NCBI GenBank assembly: GCA_002399265.1
Contig: DHDG01000041.1
Coordinates: 1-40,105, forward strand
DNA: 40,105 nt
DNA from: Firmicutes bacterium UBA4882
Lineage (GTDB): Bacteria > Bacillota > UBA4882
Direction of reading: 5' to 3'
A program made the translations under genes and the position numbers. This document shows, in pieces, positions 37,720 through 40,105 of the stretch; position 1 is the stretch's first letter, and each line of letters starts with the position of its first letter. Below the pieces are notes generated by a model. The model was not told the origin of the DNA and ran no database searches. It saw only the letters and a list, made by a program, of their open reading frames with translations.

Positions 37720-38514
37720 TCACTCCCCTTCAATCTTTACTTCCGGCCATTTTAGTAGAACATTCCCGAAAGGATCCGCCCAATTCTGGCCGGACTTTCC
37801 ATATAGTCCAGCCCGGTGGAGTTCATTGGGCGCAGCCCCTTTCCTGATAAACGGAATCAGCGCATCCTGCGGCTTTAAGTTATTAGCCGATCCAGCTGCC
37901 AAGAAAAGGTCACAGATCAATTCTTCTCCGGAAACAGCCCATTGTGCCTGGTCAATGCCACTGCGGAGATCGATCGTCCTCAACCCTTTGCGCGTCTCTG
38001 TCTCAATCGGAAACTGTTCTGACTCCAGAATACGTTTCCCGAGCGCGATCAGTTCTTCTGCCGTGGCAAAATCGCCGATCGCCAGACGCACCCGATAGGA
38101 CGCACGCATAATGAAATCTGACAACGACTGGCCGTTATCAATATAGCTGCCGTCAATCAAGCTCAAACCGGGTGGAAGGTGCCGACCGATCTTTTCCAAG
38201 AGTGCACTCTGTTCCGGCCGCGCAGTTAAGATGAGGTCGCAGTACTCAGCACTACTGGAAGCACCGAGCGGCAGGGCTGGCCCGAAAGATATCCTGTAAT
38301 GAGGATGAAATCCTTCCGTCAGGGCTACCGGCAATTGCAGCCGCCTTACGGTGCGTTCAAACGCCCGCATCAGATCCAGATGCGATATGAACCGGCCATG
38401 TTCTTTCTTTTGCAGCCGTAATCTTAATATATGAAAAGTGTTTGCGGTGGCGGTAGCGGTGACGGTGGCTGCGTCCCCAGCGCCCACTGCATTCGCGGTA
38501 TTCAGGGTTGTCAT
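37720..38514 (-). CDS. Radical SAM-associated protein (TIGR03936/DUF2344-like)
   Basis: RFISHLDLMR, EGFHPH..ISFGPALPLG..S.AEY; overlaps the upstream radical SAM gene (ATGA). Confidence 0.87.
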   Translation of the reverse strand: MTTLNTANAVGAGDAATVTATATANTFHILRLRLQKKEHGRFISHLDLMRAFERTVRRLQLPVALTEGFHPHYRISFGPALPLGASSSAEYCDLILTARPEQSALLEKIGRHLPPGLSLIDGSYIDNGQSLSDFIMRASYRVRLAIGDFATAEELIALGKRILESEQFPIETETRKGLRTIDLRSGIDQAQWAVSGEELICDLFLAAGSANNLKPQDALIPFIRKGAAPNELHRAGLYGKSGQNWADPFGNVLLKWPEVKIEGE

Positions 38515-40105
38515 GGCGTATCCACCGCCTTACTAATGCTTGGCTGGGTGTCCAGTGTCTGGCAGACCCCACATCCCAAACATTCCCCGGTGCGGCAATC
38601 CTCTGTCAGCGCTGCTTGTCCGGCTTTCTGATCCTCGCTAATCAGGTACGACCGATCCACTCCGGCCGAAAGATGATTCCAGGGCAGAACTTCCTGGTAA
38701 TCGCGCTGCCGGTTGGCATAGAAGGTCGGATCAATTCCGCATTCCGCAAAAGCTCTTTGCCATAAATCAAAATCGAAATATTCATTCCAGCCGTCAAATT
38801 TACATCCCGAACGCCACGCCTTTTCCAGCACGGCACCCAGGCGACGATCGCCACGTGCAAAGACAGCTTCCAGGAAACTTGTTTCTGGATCATGCCACTG
38901 GAAATCGATCCCACGGCCGCGCACCACTCTCCTAAGTAGATCCTGCTTCTGCCGTATCGTGGCGATCGGATCCTGTGGCCGCCACTGAAAAGGAGTGTTC
39001 GCCTTAGGAACAAAGGTGGATGCACTCACCGTAACAGTTACAACACTATTTTTACCTTTTGCGCCAGCTGCTGATACAGCAGCACGAGCTTTGGAGAGTA
39101 CTATGCGCGCCAGCGCGCCAATCGCCTCCAGGTCTTCTTCTGTTTCAGTCGGCAGTCCGATCATAAAGTACAGCTTAAAGCTGCGCCATCCCGCAGCGGT
39201 CGCGCTTTCTACCGCGTCAATCAAATCCTCCTCCCGGACACCTTTATTAATGACGTCCCGGAGACGCTGGGTTCCGGCTTCTGGCGCAAAAGTCAAACTA
39301 CTTTTGCGACCGGACGACTCCATCTTTTCAGCCAGTGCCACGGAAAAGGCATCCGCTCGTAGCGATGGTAACGAGATCGTTACCCCGGAAGCACCATATT
39401 GCGCGATACTGTCGGCCGCCAATTCCGCAATGCAACTATGATCTGCACTACTCAAGGAAGAGAGTGTAATCTCCGCATACCCGGTGGAGCAAATATTGGC
39501 GTCCATTAGCTGCTTGATTTTCTCAGGAGATCGCTCGCGCACAGGGCGGTACACCATGCCGGCCTGACAAAAGCGGCATCCTCTTGTGCAGCCGCGCTGG
39601 ATCTCGAGCGCAATTCGATCCTGAACAATATCAATGAAGGGCACCGGCGGGCAGACCGGAAAAGGCGCGGCCTCATAGTTCTGAACAATCCGTTTGGTAA
39701 TACGCTCCGGTATGCCAGGCTTGACAGGCCTGACAAAGCTAAGCGTTTGATCCGCAGCGGCGTACTCAACTTGATAAAAAGAAGGAACATAGACTCCTGG
39801 CAGTCCCGCCAGGGCGGCGAGCTTCTCACGACGCGGTGCTCCAGCTTGTTTAAGCTTCCTAAGCAATTCCGCGATCTCAACGATCACTTCCTCGCCTTCA
39901 CCCAACACCACGGCATCCAAAAAGTCAGCCAGTGGTTCCGGATTATAGGTGCAAGGACCGCCAGCAATGATCAGCGGGTCTTTTTCTGAACGTTGCGCGG
40001 CCTGGAGCGGTATCCCGGCCAGATCAAGCATATAAAGAATATTACTGTAACTCAGCTCGTACTGTAACGTGAAACCAATGACGTCAAAGGCGGCCACAGG
40101 ATCAC
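38511..40105 (-). CDS. B12-binding radical SAM protein (TIGR03960-like); the 5' end lies outside the window
   Basis: GFTLQYELSYSN, AGGPC.YNPEP, RGCTRGCRFCQAG (CxxxCxxC), TFAPEAG, KLYFMIGLP, C-terminal Cys cluster. Confidence 0.92.
   Translation of the reverse strand, partial: DPVAAFDVIGFTLQYELSYSNILYMLDLAGIPLQAAQRSEKDPLIIAGGPCTYNPEPLADFLDAVVLGEGEEVIVEIAELLRKLKQAGAPRREKLAALAGLPGVYVPSFYQVEYAAADQTLSFVRPVKPGIPERITKRIVQNYEAAPFPVCPPVPFIDIVQDRIALEIQRGCTRGCRFCQAGMVYRPVRERSPEKIKQLMDANICSTGYAEITLSSLSSADHSCIAELAADSIAQYGASGVTISLPSLRADAFSVALAEKMESSGRKSSLTFAPEAGTQRLRDVINKGVREEDLIDAVESATAAGWRSFKLYFMIGLPTETEEDLEAIGALARIVLSKARAAVSAAGAKGKNSVVTVTVSASTFVPKANTPFQWRPQDPIATIRQKQDLLRRVVRGRGIDFQWHDPETSFLEAVFARGDRRLGAVLEKAWRSGCKFDGWNEYFDFDLWQRAFAECGIDPTFYANRQRDYQEVLPWNHLSAGVDRSYLISEDQKAGQAALTEDCRTGECLGCGVCQTLDTQPSISKAVDTP

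Overview
This is a 40 kb chromosomal segment from an endospore-forming Firmicute (Bacillota), about 50% GC, with almost every gene on the minus strand. Read in the direction of transcription, it contains: a radical-SAM pair, RNase G, rplU-rpmA (no prp, short L27), obgE-yhbY-nadD-RRM-rsfS, spoIVB-spo0A-steA-steB-GT2-MraY-like-dinG, a SleB-like hydrolase, a YlxY-like deacetylase, one plus-strand SH3-GH18 gene, M16 peptidase-dut, dapB-spoVFA-spoVFB-dapG-dapA, an inserted satD/DUF3307 pair, rnj, a small Zn-ribbon ORF, dprA-topA-trmFO-xerC-hslV-hslU, and cheY-cheA (truncated by the window edge). I saw no tRNA, rRNA, CRISPR array or transposase. Three signals stand out. (1) A family of intergenic REP/REPIN-like doublet palindromes with core GGGGACGGTTC (four doublets and one solo copy), whose flanks differ between copies but keep their base-pairing. 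(2) The SatD (cyclase-like plus HTH) and DUF3307 (His/Asp membrane protein) cassette, with two palindromic operator-like sites between the genes. (3) A Spo0A with a diverged recognition helix. Gene calls come from recognising motifs by eye, not from database searches.
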